Positions 42,103-52,530 of a stretch of DNA of 64,000 nt are shown here, piece after piece. A program made the position numbers and the translations under genes. The notes under the pieces were generated by a model, which saw only the letters and a program-made list of their open reading frames with translations, did no database searches and was not told the DNA's origin. Origin of the DNA: an uncultured virus (IMG/VR IMGVR_UViG_3300025936_000003). Its lineage: Duplodnaviria > Heunggongvirae > Uroviricota > Caudoviricetes. Position 1 is the stretch's first letter. The number at the start of each line of letters is the position of its first letter. The stretch lies in the IMG/VR virus record IMGVR_UViG_3300025936_000003; one strand, given 5' to 3'.

Positions 42103-42921
42103 ATGAATGGAACCAGTGTTCGGAGAGACTCAAAAGGAATATGGATACCAATTGAAATATGGGAGGACAGGAACATCTCAGTCTTCGAAACTTGTCTCCT
42201 CTCCGAAATTGATTCATGGGACTGCGGGGAAGGGTGTTGGTGGAGTGACGAAGAGCTCGCCCATCGAATGCGGTGCTCTGTAAGCCATATGAGCAATAGC
42301 ATCCACTCCTTGAAAAAGCGTGGGTATCTGAAAACAATCAAACAAGACAGGAGAAACCACAGGCGGTTTCTGAGGACTGATTTTTCGCGTCATAACAAGC
42401 AACCACCACCTACTGAGAAAAGTAGGAGCCACCTACTGAGAAAAGTAGGTCACGATCTATCTACGATAGATCTAAATGAAACAATAACGAGCAAGGCTAA
42501 CGCCTGCTCGGGAGTGAATGGATTTATCCATAATGGTGAATTGAATGGCCACTCCAAAGCTGATAAGCTGGTGAATCGATTCGTTGATTTCACAATAAGC
42601 AAGTCCCTCCACGTAGGTCGGAAGGGTTCAACTCGTCACGGTTGGCAAAAGCACATCCTGGACAGTTGGAAGCGAGCCGTGGAGGATCTCCTCTCCCAAA
42701 CCAACTCGGCCGAGGTCAAGGAGGTCCTCCGCTGGTATTTCGATCACTTCAGAGATCAATATGTTCCCAAGTGCTACACACTGAAAAGTTTCTGCGAGCG
42801 GTTTGTCGATGTCAAAGAAGCCATGCAGAGACCAGGAGAGAATACGAACCACAGGAATGGGGAACGCCGCGCCGTGGTGAATGGCAGACCCGCAACAGAC
42901 GAAGAGATGGGATGGGCATGA
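42103..42921 (+). CDS. Replication initiator-like protein (N-terminal wHTH)
   Basis: GIWIPIEIW..CWWSDEELAHRMRCSVSHMSNSIHSLKKRGYL; internal tandem repeats; precedes helicase. Confidence 0.7.
   Translation: MNGTSVRRDSKGIWIPIEIWEDRNISVFETCLLSEIDSWDCGEGCWWSDEELAHRMRCSVSHMSNSIHSLKKRGYLKTIKQDRRNHRRFLRTDFSRHNKQPPPTEKSRSHLLRKVGHDLSTIDLNETITSKANACSGVNGFIHNGELNGHSKADKLVNRFVDFTISKSLHVGRKGSTRHGWQKHILDSWKRAVEDLLSQTNSAEVKEVLRWYFDHFRDQYVPKCYTLKSFCERFVDVKEAMQRPGENTNHRNGERRAVVNGRPATDEEMGWA
42406..42472. repeat. Putative replication origin iterons
   Basis: CCACCTACTGAGAAAAGTAGG x2 (42406-42426, 42429-42449), then GATCTATC-TAC-GATAGATC. Confidence 0.65.
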
Positions 42922-44321
42922 AGGTTGAGAGCTTCAACAAAGATGAGGAAAAGAGAATCCTCACCGCGCTGATTGTCAACGATGAGGTTTTAGGTAGCGT
43001 CTACACCCACCTGGGTAAAGACCGTCACCCATTCAACAATCGCTGGGCCGATCTCGTGGCTGGATGGTGTTTGGACCACTTTGCACGCTACGGCAAAGCA
43101 CCTGGCGCAGCAATAGAGGATCTCTTCAGAATCTTCGCCAACAAGTCAAAAGACGAAGACACCGTTGGGATGGTAGACCAGTTCCTCTCGTCGCTGAGCA
43201 ACGGATACAAGAAGAATGGAATCAACGAGAAGTTCGTCGTCGACCGTGCCTCCAGTTTGTTCGGACGAGTCAGGATGACTAAGATGCTGGAGGAAGTTGA
43301 GCAGGCTCTGGAACAAGGTGACTTAGAAGAAGCCGAGAGGATTCAGTCGAGCTTCCGGAAGGTTGACTTTTCATCTACCGCATCGTCGTTCCCCTGTAGA
43401 CCTGAAGAGATTAAGGAAACCTTTGCCTCTTTAGAGAAGAGCGAAGAGATGGTGAAGTTTCCAGGTGCCTTGGGAGACTTTCTCTCAGATCAATTCAAGC
43501 GTGATAATTTCATCGCTTTTGAAGGACCAGACAAAAGAGGGAAATCCTGCTGGCTCTTGGAAGTGGTGTGGCAAGCGTTGAAGCAGCGGCGCCGCGTCCT
43601 CTACTACGCCCTAGGTGATATGTCCAAAGATCTCGTCAGGAGGAGGTTCTATCAAAGGGTCCTACGAAGGCCAGGGAAGAAGAGATACATGGAGGTGATG
43701 GTTCCTATTGAATTCAGGTCTATCGCAAAAGACGAAGTAGACTTGAAACGCAAGCAAGAGACGAGGGAGTTGGTGAATGAAACTGATGCGGTTAAGGCCC
43801 TCGAGAAACTTGCGAAGCGAATCAGTGTAGAAGAGATCCCTTTTGAGCTTGTCGTCGATGGGGGTAAGGTGCTATCCGCCATCGACATAGAACGAAAGGT
43901 GAAAGAATTGAGTGATAGAGGACAACCACCCGACGTCGTCGTCATTGACTACGCAGATGAACTCGCCCCAGAACCCGGCACGGCGCAGATGCAACGTCGC
44001 GACCAGTATGAAATGAACTGGAGTGTGATGAAGCGCATCGCCCTTCGATTCCACTGTTTGGTGGTGACAGCCACCCAAACCGCTGCCTCTGCCTATTCCA
44101 ACCAATGGGTAATCAAGAAAGAGGATTTCTCAGAGGACAAACGGAAGAACGCAAAAGTTGACGGGATGATTGGCATCAACCAGAGGAACTGGGAACATAG
44201 AATTGGAGTATCCCGCCTCAATTGGGTCAGTCTAAGGGACGGACATTGGTCAGAGAATCAAGTCGTCTGGTGCGCTGGAAATCTTTCCATCGCTTGCCCT
44301 TGCATAATTTCCAGCCTGTGA
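42918..44321 (+). CDS. Replicative DnaB-like (SF4) helicase
   Basis: Walker A GPDKRGKS, VVVIDYAD, VVTATQ, FSEDKRK. Confidence 0.85.
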   Translation: MKVESFNKDEEKRILTALIVNDEVLGSVYTHLGKDRHPFNNRWADLVAGWCLDHFARYGKAPGAAIEDLFRIFANKSKDEDTVGMVDQFLSSLSNGYKKNGINEKFVVDRASSLFGRVRMTKMLEEVEQALEQGDLEEAERIQSSFRKVDFSSTASSFPCRPEEIKETFASLEKSEEMVKFPGALGDFLSDQFKRDNFIAFEGPDKRGKSCWLLEVVWQALKQRRRVLYYALGDMSKDLVRRRFYQRVLRRPGKKRYMEVMVPIEFRSIAKDEVDLKRKQETRELVNETDAVKALEKLAKRISVEEIPFELVVDGGKVLSAIDIERKVKELSDRGQPPDVVVIDYADELAPEPGTAQMQRRDQYEMNWSVMKRIALRFHCLVVTATQTAASAYSNQWVIKKEDFSEDKRKNAKVDGMIGINQRNWEHRIGVSRLNWVSLRDGHWSENQVVWCAGNLSIACPCIISSL

Positions 44322-44393
44322 TGAATCCATTTTGTGAACGGCCAGATAATAGCTCAGTGCCACAGTTGAAGTGACTGAGGCGAAACAAACGAA

Positions 44394-45011
44394 ATGAAAG
44401 GTAAAGTCAACATGAAAGTGAAATTAGCAGATGCTGTGGCTTTGCTGGTCGCCTTAGGCTTCAGCAAAGCAGCGAATTGGGAACTGAGCAAAGTCCAGAA
44501 ACATATTGCCCAGGTCCACGTGAAGATCGAGAAGGACCACAAGGGTCTCGTCGGTCATGAAGAACTCTACGGCCAGCTCGTCGAAGCTGACGGGCAGGTC
44601 GAAGTGGTTGGCGAACCGGCCGATGCCGCTCCCGCCGAGAAGGCCTCAAAGGTCGAGAAGAAGAAGTCGAAGCCCGAGAAAGCCGAGAAGTCGGCGAAGG
44701 CGGAGAAATCCGAGAAGTCCGAGAAGAAGAAGTCGAAGCCGGAATCCAACGGCGACGACAAAGTCGAGCGCGACGCTTACGGCTGCAAGGTAGGTTCCAT
44801 CAGCGCGAAGGTGAATAAGGTAATGGGGAACGATTGGGTCACCGAGCAGGAAGTTGCCGAGCAGGCGGGGGTTACCCTCGACCAAGCCCGCGGGCGGCTC
44901 TACTTCGGCGCAGAGGAGAAGGTCGGCCTGTTCGAACGTCGCCGGCTGATCCAGTATCGGGTGCTCAAAGCCCCCTCGAAAAAGACTGAGACTGCAAAAA
45001 GCAAGGGCTGA
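44394..45011 (+). CDS. Lys/Glu-rich DNA-binding protein with C-terminal HTH (resembles 19419 ORF)
   Basis: KKKSKPE repeats; ERDAYG...VTEQEVAEQAGVTLDQARGRL. Confidence 0.6.
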   Translation: MKGKVNMKVKLADAVALLVALGFSKAANWELSKVQKHIAQVHVKIEKDHKGLVGHEELYGQLVEADGQVEVVGEPADAAPAEKASKVEKKKSKPEKAEKSAKAEKSEKSEKKKSKPESNGDDKVERDAYGCKVGSISAKVNKVMGNDWVTEQEVAEQAGVTLDQARGRLYFGAEEKVGLFERRRLIQYRVLKAPSKKTETAKSKG

Positions 45012-45117
45012 TCTCACGTCGAGGATTAGGTCTCTCGCTTTAGGAGCTTAGACCTGTAGCAAGGCCGCCGAACCAACAATTCGGCGGTCTCAACGCGAAA
45101 GACAAAGATAACAAACC

Positions 45118-45585
45118 GTGCAAACTGTCACAAAAACCTATCAGGATCTTCCCGCAGCACACCGCCAGCCCAACCACGATGGGCATTGCAAACTAATCCA
45201 TGGGCATAATTGGCGATTTGACATCACCTTCATCTGCATGACACTCGATGAGAACGGATTCGTCATCGACGTGGGCAAGCTAGATGAGGTGAAGAGATTT
45301 ATGGTTGATCACTTCGACCACACCCTGCTGCTCAACATTGACGATCCAGAGTTGAAATTCTGCACGGATCAACTGGGAGGAAGTGGTGGATGGGCTCCAC
45401 ACCGATCGGCGATGGCAAGAATCGTCCGAGTCCCCAACTGTGGGATGGAGGGGCTGGCAAAGTTCGTCTACGAGGGAGTCGGGGCAATCGTCAAAGCGAT
45501 GCTGAACGCAAAGTCGAGGGAGCTGAGGGTTGTTGAGGTGACTTGCTGGGAGGACTCAAAGAACCGAGCAGTCTTCCGGCTATGA
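45118..45585 (+). CDS. queD: 6-carboxy-tetrahydropterin synthase
   Basis: AAHRQ, GHCKLIHGHNW, FDHTLLLN, EGLA, WEDSKN. Confidence 0.92.
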   Translation: MQTVTKTYQDLPAAHRQPNHDGHCKLIHGHNWRFDITFICMTLDENGFVIDVGKLDEVKRFMVDHFDHTLLLNIDDPELKFCTDQLGGSGGWAPHRSAMARIVRVPNCGMEGLAKFVYEGVGAIVKAMLNAKSRELRVVEVTCWEDSKNRAVFRL

Positions 45586-46283
45586 CCTCAATTCTACCGA
45601 TCCACGAAATCTTTCACACATTCCAGGGAGAGGGCCAATGGATGGGTGCTTCGGCCTTCTTTGTGAGGACATTTGGGTGCCCGGTCCAGTGTCCTTGGTG
45701 TGACAGCGCCGGCACGTGGCATCCTACTTGGATTCCGAAAGAGATCCAGCGAATGTCTGTAGAGGAGATTGTCAAAGCAGTGACGCTCTCTTTCGCCCCC
45801 ATCGTCGTTGTCACCGGTGGAGAGCCAGCTGTTCACGATTTAGAGTTCCTAGTGAACTCTCTTCATGCTCTAGCCTCGGTTCGTGTCCACTTAGAAACCA
45901 GCGGTGGGTTTCGGATCAAAGGAGATTTCGATTGGATCACGCTCAGCCCAAAGAAGTGGGGACCACCTCTGCGAGAGAACGTCATTGCAGCGAGTGAATT
46001 CAAGATCATCGTTGAAGAGAAAGACGACATCAAATTCTACCTCAACATGCTCACCACAAGAGGGATGATGCCGGTGACAAGCACACAACCCATTTGGCTT
46101 CACCCAGAGTGGGGTCACCGAGAGGATCCCGTCGTGTTGGGAGCAATTTCAGATGCTGTCAAGCAAGGCCGAGGAATTCTAAGGGCCGGTTGGCAGCTTC
46201 ACAAACTCTACCAAGTTGACCGGCGCGATGTCCGGACCATGCCTATGGTTCCGCTTGGTGGTGACTTGAGGAAAGGATATTGA
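45582..46283 (+). CDS. queE: 7-carboxy-7-deazaguanine synthase (radical SAM)
   Basis: [42 protein letters not shown]. Confidence 0.92.
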   Translation: MTSILPIHEIFHTFQGEGQWMGASAFFVRTFGCPVQCPWCDSAGTWHPTWIPKEIQRMSVEEIVKAVTLSFAPIVVVTGGEPAVHDLEFLVNSLHALASVRVHLETSGGFRIKGDFDWITLSPKKWGPPLRENVIAASEFKIIVEEKDDIKFYLNMLTTRGMMPVTSTQPIWLHPEWGHREDPVVLGAISDAVKQGRGILRAGWQLHKLYQVDRRDVRTMPMVPLGGDLRKGY

Positions 46284-46879
46284 TGACAGATCCGAACCTA
46301 AGAGCTGATGCCCACGCCGCAGTCAGGACTTTGCTTGAATACATAGGTGAAGATTGGGAAAGGGAAGGTCTTCAAGGAACCCCAGAACGGGTAGTCAAAG
46401 CGTGGGATGAGATGACCAAAGGCTATAAGGAAGAACCTGAAAAGATCCTCGTAAGAGACTTTGATGCTGGAGGTTACGACCAGATCATAGGTTGCAATTG
46501 GATTGAATTTTACTCAACCTGTGAACATCATCTCCTACCTTTCTCCGGCTCGGCCCACATCGCCTACTTGCCCAGTAAAATAGAACCTCGCGTGGTGGGG
46601 TTATCAAAACTCGCACGGCTGGTGGACTGCTATGCACGCCGACTCCAGATCCAAGAGCAGATGACCATGCAGATCGCGATGGCTATGGAAAAGCACCTGG
46701 ACCCACAAGGAGTAGCGGTTGTCGTCCAAGCTCGGCACCTCTGCATGGCTTGTCGTGGCGTGCAGAAACATCAAGCTGTCATGGTTACCAGCGCCATGCG
46801 AGGTGTGTTCAGAGAAGAGGGACCGGCACGAGCAGAATTCTTTCGACTGGTAGAACTCTCACGACCCAATGGAAGATAA
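46280..46879 (+). CDS. folE: GTP cyclohydrolase I
   Basis: [43 protein letters not shown]. Confidence 0.95.
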   Translation: MMTDPNLRADAHAAVRTLLEYIGEDWEREGLQGTPERVVKAWDEMTKGYKEEPEKILVRDFDAGGYDQIIGCNWIEFYSTCEHHLLPFSGSAHIAYLPSKIEPRVVGLSKLARLVDCYARRLQIQEQMTMQIAMAMEKHLDPQGVAVVVQARHLCMACRGVQKHQAVMVTSAMRGVFREEGPARAEFFRLVELSRPNGR

Positions 46880-47873
46880 AAAGATCTACTCAAAGTCAAT
46901 CTTCGTCGACAGCGGGGCTCATACCTTATACAACGAACTCGTTCTGAAACATCGGCATGAGGATCGCAAGTCTAAGAATCCTCACATGATGAAGAGACTC
47001 GGCAAGGACCACCTTGACAAGCCACCAGTCCGCTGGAGCCAAGGTGACTTCTCTGAATTCGATCTACGACGAGGAACTCCTTTCCGTCAATACTGCGACC
47101 GTTATGCTTCGTTCATGAAGCGGTTTAGCGGCAGAGGGATCATCTTCGCCAACGTCGATGCGATTTCAAATCCTGACTTAACCTGGGAGATTCAGAAGTT
47201 CTTCGAGGAAGAGCATGGCATTAGACCCACCCCTATCATTCACTGTGGCACGCCGATGGGATACGTCGAAAGGTATCTCTCAAAGAAATACAAGCTGCTA
47301 GGAGTTGGAGGGCTAGGCCAAGGAATTACCAGACATGAGTATTTCTCATGGGCTGATGAGTTCTTCATGTTCATCTGTCCTGAGTCGAACAACAGGATGC
47401 CGCTCATCAGGACTCACGGCTTTGCGATGACATCCTGGGAATTGATTTGCCGGTACCCCTGGTGGTCAGTCGATTCAGCTACCTGGGTGAAGCTTTCGGC
47501 TTATGGATGGCTCTACGTTCCTCGCTGGAGCGATGAGAAGGGTTGGAGATTTGACCGTCCTCCACTCATGTTGAATTTCTCCTTCAGGTCTCCAAGGAAG
47601 AAGGAGAAGGAGCGTCACTATGACAACGCCACCGAGAACGTGAGAAAGACTTGCGACCGTTGGCTCAAGCATATTGGACTAGAAATGGGTTCAGTAGATG
47701 AGGAAGGAGAGACGAAGGTTTTCGGAGTGACTTCACATCACCGGGCCCGCAGCACAGCTAATCTCCGTTACTTGATAGATTTGCAAGACAGTCGTCCGAA
47801 GTGGCCCCACCCACTCAACGAACAGATCATAGAAGAGCGGGCAGTCAGCTACAAGCGCGGTTTTGGATTATGA
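46869..47873 (+). CDS. TGT-fold DNA deazaguanine transglycosylase (DpdA-like)
   Basis: [39 protein letters not shown]; adjacent to folE/queDE. Confidence 0.75.
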   Translation: MEDKKIYSKSIFVDSGAHTLYNELVLKHRHEDRKSKNPHMMKRLGKDHLDKPPVRWSQGDFSEFDLRRGTPFRQYCDRYASFMKRFSGRGIIFANVDAISNPDLTWEIQKFFEEEHGIRPTPIIHCGTPMGYVERYLSKKYKLLGVGGLGQGITRHEYFSWADEFFMFICPESNNRMPLIRTHGFAMTSWELICRYPWWSVDSATWVKLSAYGWLYVPRWSDEKGWRFDRPPLMLNFSFRSPRKKEKERHYDNATENVRKTCDRWLKHIGLEMGSVDEEGETKVFGVTSHHRARSTANLRYLIDLQDSRPKWPHPLNEQIIEERAVSYKRGFGL

Positions 47874-48389
47874 ATGCTTATCAAGAACCCAAGTATAAAG
47901 TCAACGAAGAAGGCGCGTTGGTGAACCGTCAAAGTGGTGAAGTCATCCCTGGTGACGAGCCTGTGTTCATTTTCAGGGCCAGGGATGTCCACGCTGCGGA
48001 CGTGCTCATGTATTACTCTCGTCTAGCCAAAGACGAGAAGCACAAGGAGGCCATCAGGACGCGAGCAGCTCAATTCTCCAACTGGGCTCTCATGCACAAG
48101 GACAGGATGAAGGAACCTGATAGCCAGATGGACCAAGGGTGGACCTCAGCTGGCAATCCATGAGCTCTAAGTCCGATACACCTCACCCGACTTGTGTCAC
48201 CTGCATCTCCTGGAAGCCGGTTGCCTTTGGTCCGGCGGGGGTATGCCAGAAGATCACCGAGGCCGGAGCCTCCTCCGACAACCTAGCCGTCGTTCAAGGG
48301 GGTGGAGAAACGATTGGGAAGGACCCCAGGTTCGTGACTATGCCAGAGTTTGGTTGCTGTCTTCATAAATTTAGGGAGGAGGGCGGTGG

Positions 48390-48578
48390 ATGAGAATCTA
48401 TTTTTCTGGTGGCGGGGGACTTGTCGACACCCCTGAAGTCCTCCTCCCTGATCGCAAACCTCACATCATGCTGACGTTCCACCAGATCTCGCAAAAGCAG
48501 ACAGCAACGACGGACAGATTAAAAGCCTACCTAAAGCGCAAGAAGAATGAAAATAAACAGAGAAAACTTCCTTCGTGA
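48390..48578 (+). CDS. Small protein resembling the N-terminal segment of phage TGT-like proteins
   Basis: MRIYFSGG...HIMLTFH; similarity recalled, not computed. Confidence 0.4.
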   Translation: MRIYFSGGGGLVDTPEVLLPDRKPHIMLTFHQISQKQTATTDRLKAYLKRKKNENKQRKLPS

Positions 48579-49602
48579 CTTGTCGATGGTCAAAGCCGGC
48601 CTGTCGCCAAGAGAATTCATTGAGCAGAGCTCGTGCTTGGTGTTCCAAAACGGTCAGGTGATGACCTTCAACGACGAGGTCGCTTGTCGGAAGGAGGTAG
48701 AAGGACTCAACATCACCGGCGCCATCCAAGCGACCTCTCTCTTCGAGATCCTCGAAAAGATGGACGATCCAGAACTCGAAGTAAGGGAGAACGAGAGAGG
48801 TGAACTCGAGTTCAAAGGCAAGCGAAAGCGATTCGGCATCACCAAAGACGCTGAAATCTTCCTGCCTATTGACAAGGTTGAGATACCTAGCAAGTGGCAC
48901 GATCTCCCGGAAGAATTCATCGAGGCTATCAAAGTCGTCCAACACTGTGTCAGCCTAGACGAAAGCCGGTTCCTCCTCACTTGCATCCACCTTCACCCGG
49001 ACCACGTTGAAGCGTGCGACAATCTCCAAATCATGCGAGTCAACTTCAAGACGGGATTGTCCAAGCCCATGTTGGCGCGTGGGACATCCATCGCCCACAT
49101 CGCCGACTTGGAGATGAACCAGATTGCAATGACGAAGGCTTGGATTCACTTCCGCAACAAGAAGGGGTTGATTTACTCATGCCGGCGCCACAATGATGAG
49201 TATCCCATCCTCGACAAACTGATCGAGTTTGAAGGGCATCCCATCAAGCTCACCAAAAGCCTCGCCGCTGCGAGCGACAGGGCTGCCGTCTTCGCAATGG
49301 ACAAGTCAGGCGATCCTTACGTGACGGTGACAATCACTCCCGGCCTTGTCAGAGTGCTCGGTGAGGGTTTGACGGGCTGGTATAAGGAAGTGAAGAAAGT
49401 CGCTTACGAGGGGCCTGACATCGAGTTTGTCATCGCTCCTGACTTGCTGAAATACATTTCTGAGAAATACACTGACGCGCAGATCATCCAAGGGAAACAA
49501 AGCAAGCTCAAAGTCACCGGTGGAGGTAAGAAGTGGAGCTATGTCACCGTCTTGGGCAAACCAGCAGAGGACAAAAAAGATGACAACGACAAAGGCAAAT
49601 GA
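48547..49602 (+). CDS. DNA sliding clamp (beta-clamp/DnaN-like)
   Basis: 351 aa; MKINRENFL, CVSLDESRFLLTCIH, VEACD, YP.LDKLI. Confidence 0.7.
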   Translation: MKINRENFLRDLSMVKAGLSPREFIEQSSCLVFQNGQVMTFNDEVACRKEVEGLNITGAIQATSLFEILEKMDDPELEVRENERGELEFKGKRKRFGITKDAEIFLPIDKVEIPSKWHDLPEEFIEAIKVVQHCVSLDESRFLLTCIHLHPDHVEACDNLQIMRVNFKTGLSKPMLARGTSIAHIADLEMNQIAMTKAWIHFRNKKGLIYSCRRHNDEYPILDKLIEFEGHPIKLTKSLAAASDRAAVFAMDKSGDPYVTVTITPGLVRVLGEGLTGWYKEVKKVAYEGPDIEFVIAPDLLKYISEKYTDAQIIQGKQSKLKVTGGGKKWSYVTVLGKPAEDKKDDNDKGK

Positions 49603-50020
49603 ATTAGTTCTGCAACAGTGGGTAGGTTATGTTGGATTGAAGATGCAATCCATCCTCCTGTCAGGTCTGCGGGCACCTGACCAAAAGACTGAAGGAGTCA
49701 AGAAGTGCATCCGGTGGATGAGATCCAAATGCCAAGTCGATGCTGACCCCTCGAAGCAGTCCTACATGGAGACGATAGAAATGAATGAGGCTCTCATCCA
49801 GCTTGCGATCGACGAGCTTGAATACACCACGTGTCACTTTGCTCACCATTTTGCCGATGCCATGGCAGTGCTCGCCTACCATCACCCAGAAGGTGATGTC
49901 TGCAGATATGCTCACCGAATTCATTGTCTCATTGCCGAGGAGATCTTCCACTTCGTCCCCGAGAAGAGGGTTGACTTCGTGGAGCGCCATAAAGACAAGA
50001 GGTGAAGGAAAGGATGAACT

Positions 50021-50716
50021 ATGCCCAATTCAATGGACAGTGTGGAGAAGACTCTCACGAGGCATTTCGCAACTCTCACCAAAGAAGAGTTCACCTATGA
50101 CGGTAAGACTTACTCCCCAAAGATTCTAATCGTCTCTCCTCTGCTGCTCAGGGGAGTCAACTGTCCGCCCGGTTGTGGCGGGTGTTGTAGACGATTCACC
50201 TTAGATTGGTTGCCTTCCGAGAGGGAGAAGCTGGTCCAATATGGCTACCCAATGAGACGATTGCAGGAGAGGATGATTGAATTCAACGGTAAGAAGGTTC
50301 CAATCCTTTCTGATCTGCAAGAGGACCACCAAAGCTATTGGTGCCGGAACCTCAATCCGAAGGACGGGCGCTGTGGCGTGCATGAGTTCTCTCCTTTTTC
50401 ATGCGACTTCGAATTGATCAGAACCATCCAAACCAGAGAAGACCTCCCCAACCGGCTCACGCAGAAGCTCTTCGGCCGGGGCTGGGCGATGAAACGGATT
50501 ACGGATGGGAAGAGAGGCTCCATGTGCTCCATGCTTCCGGTGACGGCAGAGTCTACCCAAAGCGTAGTCAGAAGATTAGGTAGATTCATGGACTGGGCAA
50601 ATCACTTCGGCATCAAAACCTGGGCTCCTGAGATTATCAGAATCGTTCAATCGAAGAGGCTCATCAGCCAAATCGAATTGAACCCCCGCCCAAATCGAAT
50701 CGGATTTGGGCTATGA
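50021..50716 (+). CDS. YkgJ-like cysteine-cluster protein
   Basis: CPPGCGGCC...CRNL...GRCGVHEFSPFSC. Confidence 0.65.
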   Translation: MPNSMDSVEKTLTRHFATLTKEEFTYDGKTYSPKILIVSPLLLRGVNCPPGCGGCCRRFTLDWLPSEREKLVQYGYPMRRLQERMIEFNGKKVPILSDLQEDHQSYWCRNLNPKDGRCGVHEFSPFSCDFELIRTIQTREDLPNRLTQKLFGRGWAMKRITDGKRGSMCSMLPVTAESTQSVVRRLGRFMDWANHFGIKTWAPEIIRIVQSKRLISQIELNPRPNRIGFGL

Positions 50717-50882
50717 CCGCAAGAGAACGTGTATTGTCTGGAAACCGATTGAACTGGCGCGTCGGTAATCTCGTCGCCTTCGCGCATGGACCAAGACGTA
50801 GGAATATCATTAGGCTTCGAGTGGAAGAACTTCGTGATGGACGGCCCTACAAATCGAGAATCGTCGAGAGGAGGAAGAGTAA

Positions 50883-52355
50883 GTGAGTCTTCAATTCAAC
50901 GAAGAGAACGTCATCGCTTCAGTCTGCAAGGAATCCTTCTATGAATTCCTGAAAGAGTTTTGGGAGATCATCGTAGAGGAGGATCCTGTCTTCAACTGGC
51001 ACGTTGAGTTCCTCTGCAACGAACTTCAGACGGTCGCTGAACGAGTCTTCAAAGGCAAGTCTAAGGAATACGACCTCGTCATCAACGTGCCGCCCGGCAG
51101 CACCAAGTCTACCATTTGCAGTCAAGCCTTCCCTGCCTGGTGCTGGACGAGAATGCCCTCAGCTAAGTTCATCTGTGGATCCTACGCCCATCCAGTTGCG
51201 CTGAAGGATTCGCTGAAGACACGAGATATTGTCCAGTGTGAAAAGTATCGTAAATGCTTCCCACAGATCGAACTGCGCGAGGACGAGAATACCAAAGGTC
51301 TCTTCACCAACACTAATACTGGGTTCAGGTTGTCCGTCGGAGTTGGTGGGCTGGTGACTGGGTTTCACGGTCACTTCCTGCTCGTCGATGACCCAATCAA
51401 TCCAGAAGAGTCGTTCAGCGACGCTGAGTTGAAATCAGTCAACCGATGGATGCGGACTACTTTGCTGTCAAGGAAAGTCGATAAGAAAGTGACTCCCTTG
51501 ATTCTTATTCAGCAGAGACTTCACCAAGCCGATCCTTCCGGAGAGGTGTTAGAGCGGGCGAAGACTAAGGGCAACTTGAAGAGTGTGCGGCATATCTGCT
51601 TACCTGGTGAAATCACAAAGAATGTATCACCTCCAGAAGTCGTTCAGCACTACAAGGAAGGACTGCTCGACCCGGTGCGATTGCCAAGACCTGTCCTCGA
51701 AGAACTGATGGAGGACCTGGGTGCTTACGGCTACGCCAGCCAAATCCTTCAGGAGCCCGTCCCGCTCGGTGGTGGGATGTTTGAAATTAGTAAGATTCAC
51801 ATCGTAGATGAAGCACCTCCTCCAAAGCACTTCGTGAAGATTGTCAGATCCTGGGACAAAGCAGGCACGCAAGACGCAGGGATGTTCTCGGTGGGGGTGA
51901 AGATGGGCGTGGACAAGGACAGGCGATATTGGGTTCTTGACGTCCGGCGAGGGCAGTGGGGTAGTCACAAGCGCGAGGAGATGATCAAATCCACAGCGCA
52001 GGACGACGGATACGATGTTGAAATCCTTGTTGAAATAGAAGGTGGTAGTGGTGGGAAAGAGTCAGGTGAAAACACAGTCATCAATCTCGCCGGGTCTCGT
52101 GTCCTTGCCTACCACCCTACTGGTGACAAGGAAGCTCGTGCCTACCCACTCTCGTCTCAGGTCGGCGCAGGAAATATCTACTGCCTCAATCGGCGCTGGA
52201 CTGAAGTCTTCCTCGAAGAACTCAAACACTTCCCAGCTTCGAGATACAAAGATCAAGTCGATGCAGCCTCAGCAGCTTTCAACCGGATCGCCAGGAAGAG
52301 GCGCAGGGTTGGAGGAGCGTGGGGTGTGAACACAAGAGGGAACAAAGCAGCATGA
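50883..52355 (+). CDS. terL: Terminase large subunit
   Basis: VINVPPGSTKS, LLVDDP, IQQRLH, RSWDKAG, GDKEARA, DQVDA. Confidence 0.92.
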   Translation: MSLQFNEENVIASVCKESFYEFLKEFWEIIVEEDPVFNWHVEFLCNELQTVAERVFKGKSKEYDLVINVPPGSTKSTICSQAFPAWCWTRMPSAKFICGSYAHPVALKDSLKTRDIVQCEKYRKCFPQIELREDENTKGLFTNTNTGFRLSVGVGGLVTGFHGHFLLVDDPINPEESFSDAELKSVNRWMRTTLLSRKVDKKVTPLILIQQRLHQADPSGEVLERAKTKGNLKSVRHICLPGEITKNVSPPEVVQHYKEGLLDPVRLPRPVLEELMEDLGAYGYASQILQEPVPLGGGMFEISKIHIVDEAPPPKHFVKIVRSWDKAGTQDAGMFSVGVKMGVDKDRRYWVLDVRRGQWGSHKREEMIKSTAQDDGYDVEILVEIEGGSGGKESGENTVINLAGSRVLAYHPTGDKEARAYPLSSQVGAGNIYCLNRRWTEVFLEELKHFPASRYKDQVDAASAAFNRIARKRRRVGGAWGVNTRGNKAA

Positions 52356-52530
52356 AAACAATTCAAGTCAGTGACGGGAGTTTCAAGATGCTAGAAGAGA
52401 TGTGCAAGAACTACTACTCAATCCCAGGAGAAAAGCCTGCGGATCCTAACAAGATCGTAGAGAGGATGATCAGTGACGAGTGGAGTAACTACTCACCTCC
52501 GGAATATAGAACACCAGGGTTTGATCGCCA

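Noticed and set aside
45012..45117. preQ1 riboswitch upstream of queD
   Set aside because: Hairpins are present but I cannot match a preQ1 aptamer consensus; more likely a terminator plus promoter
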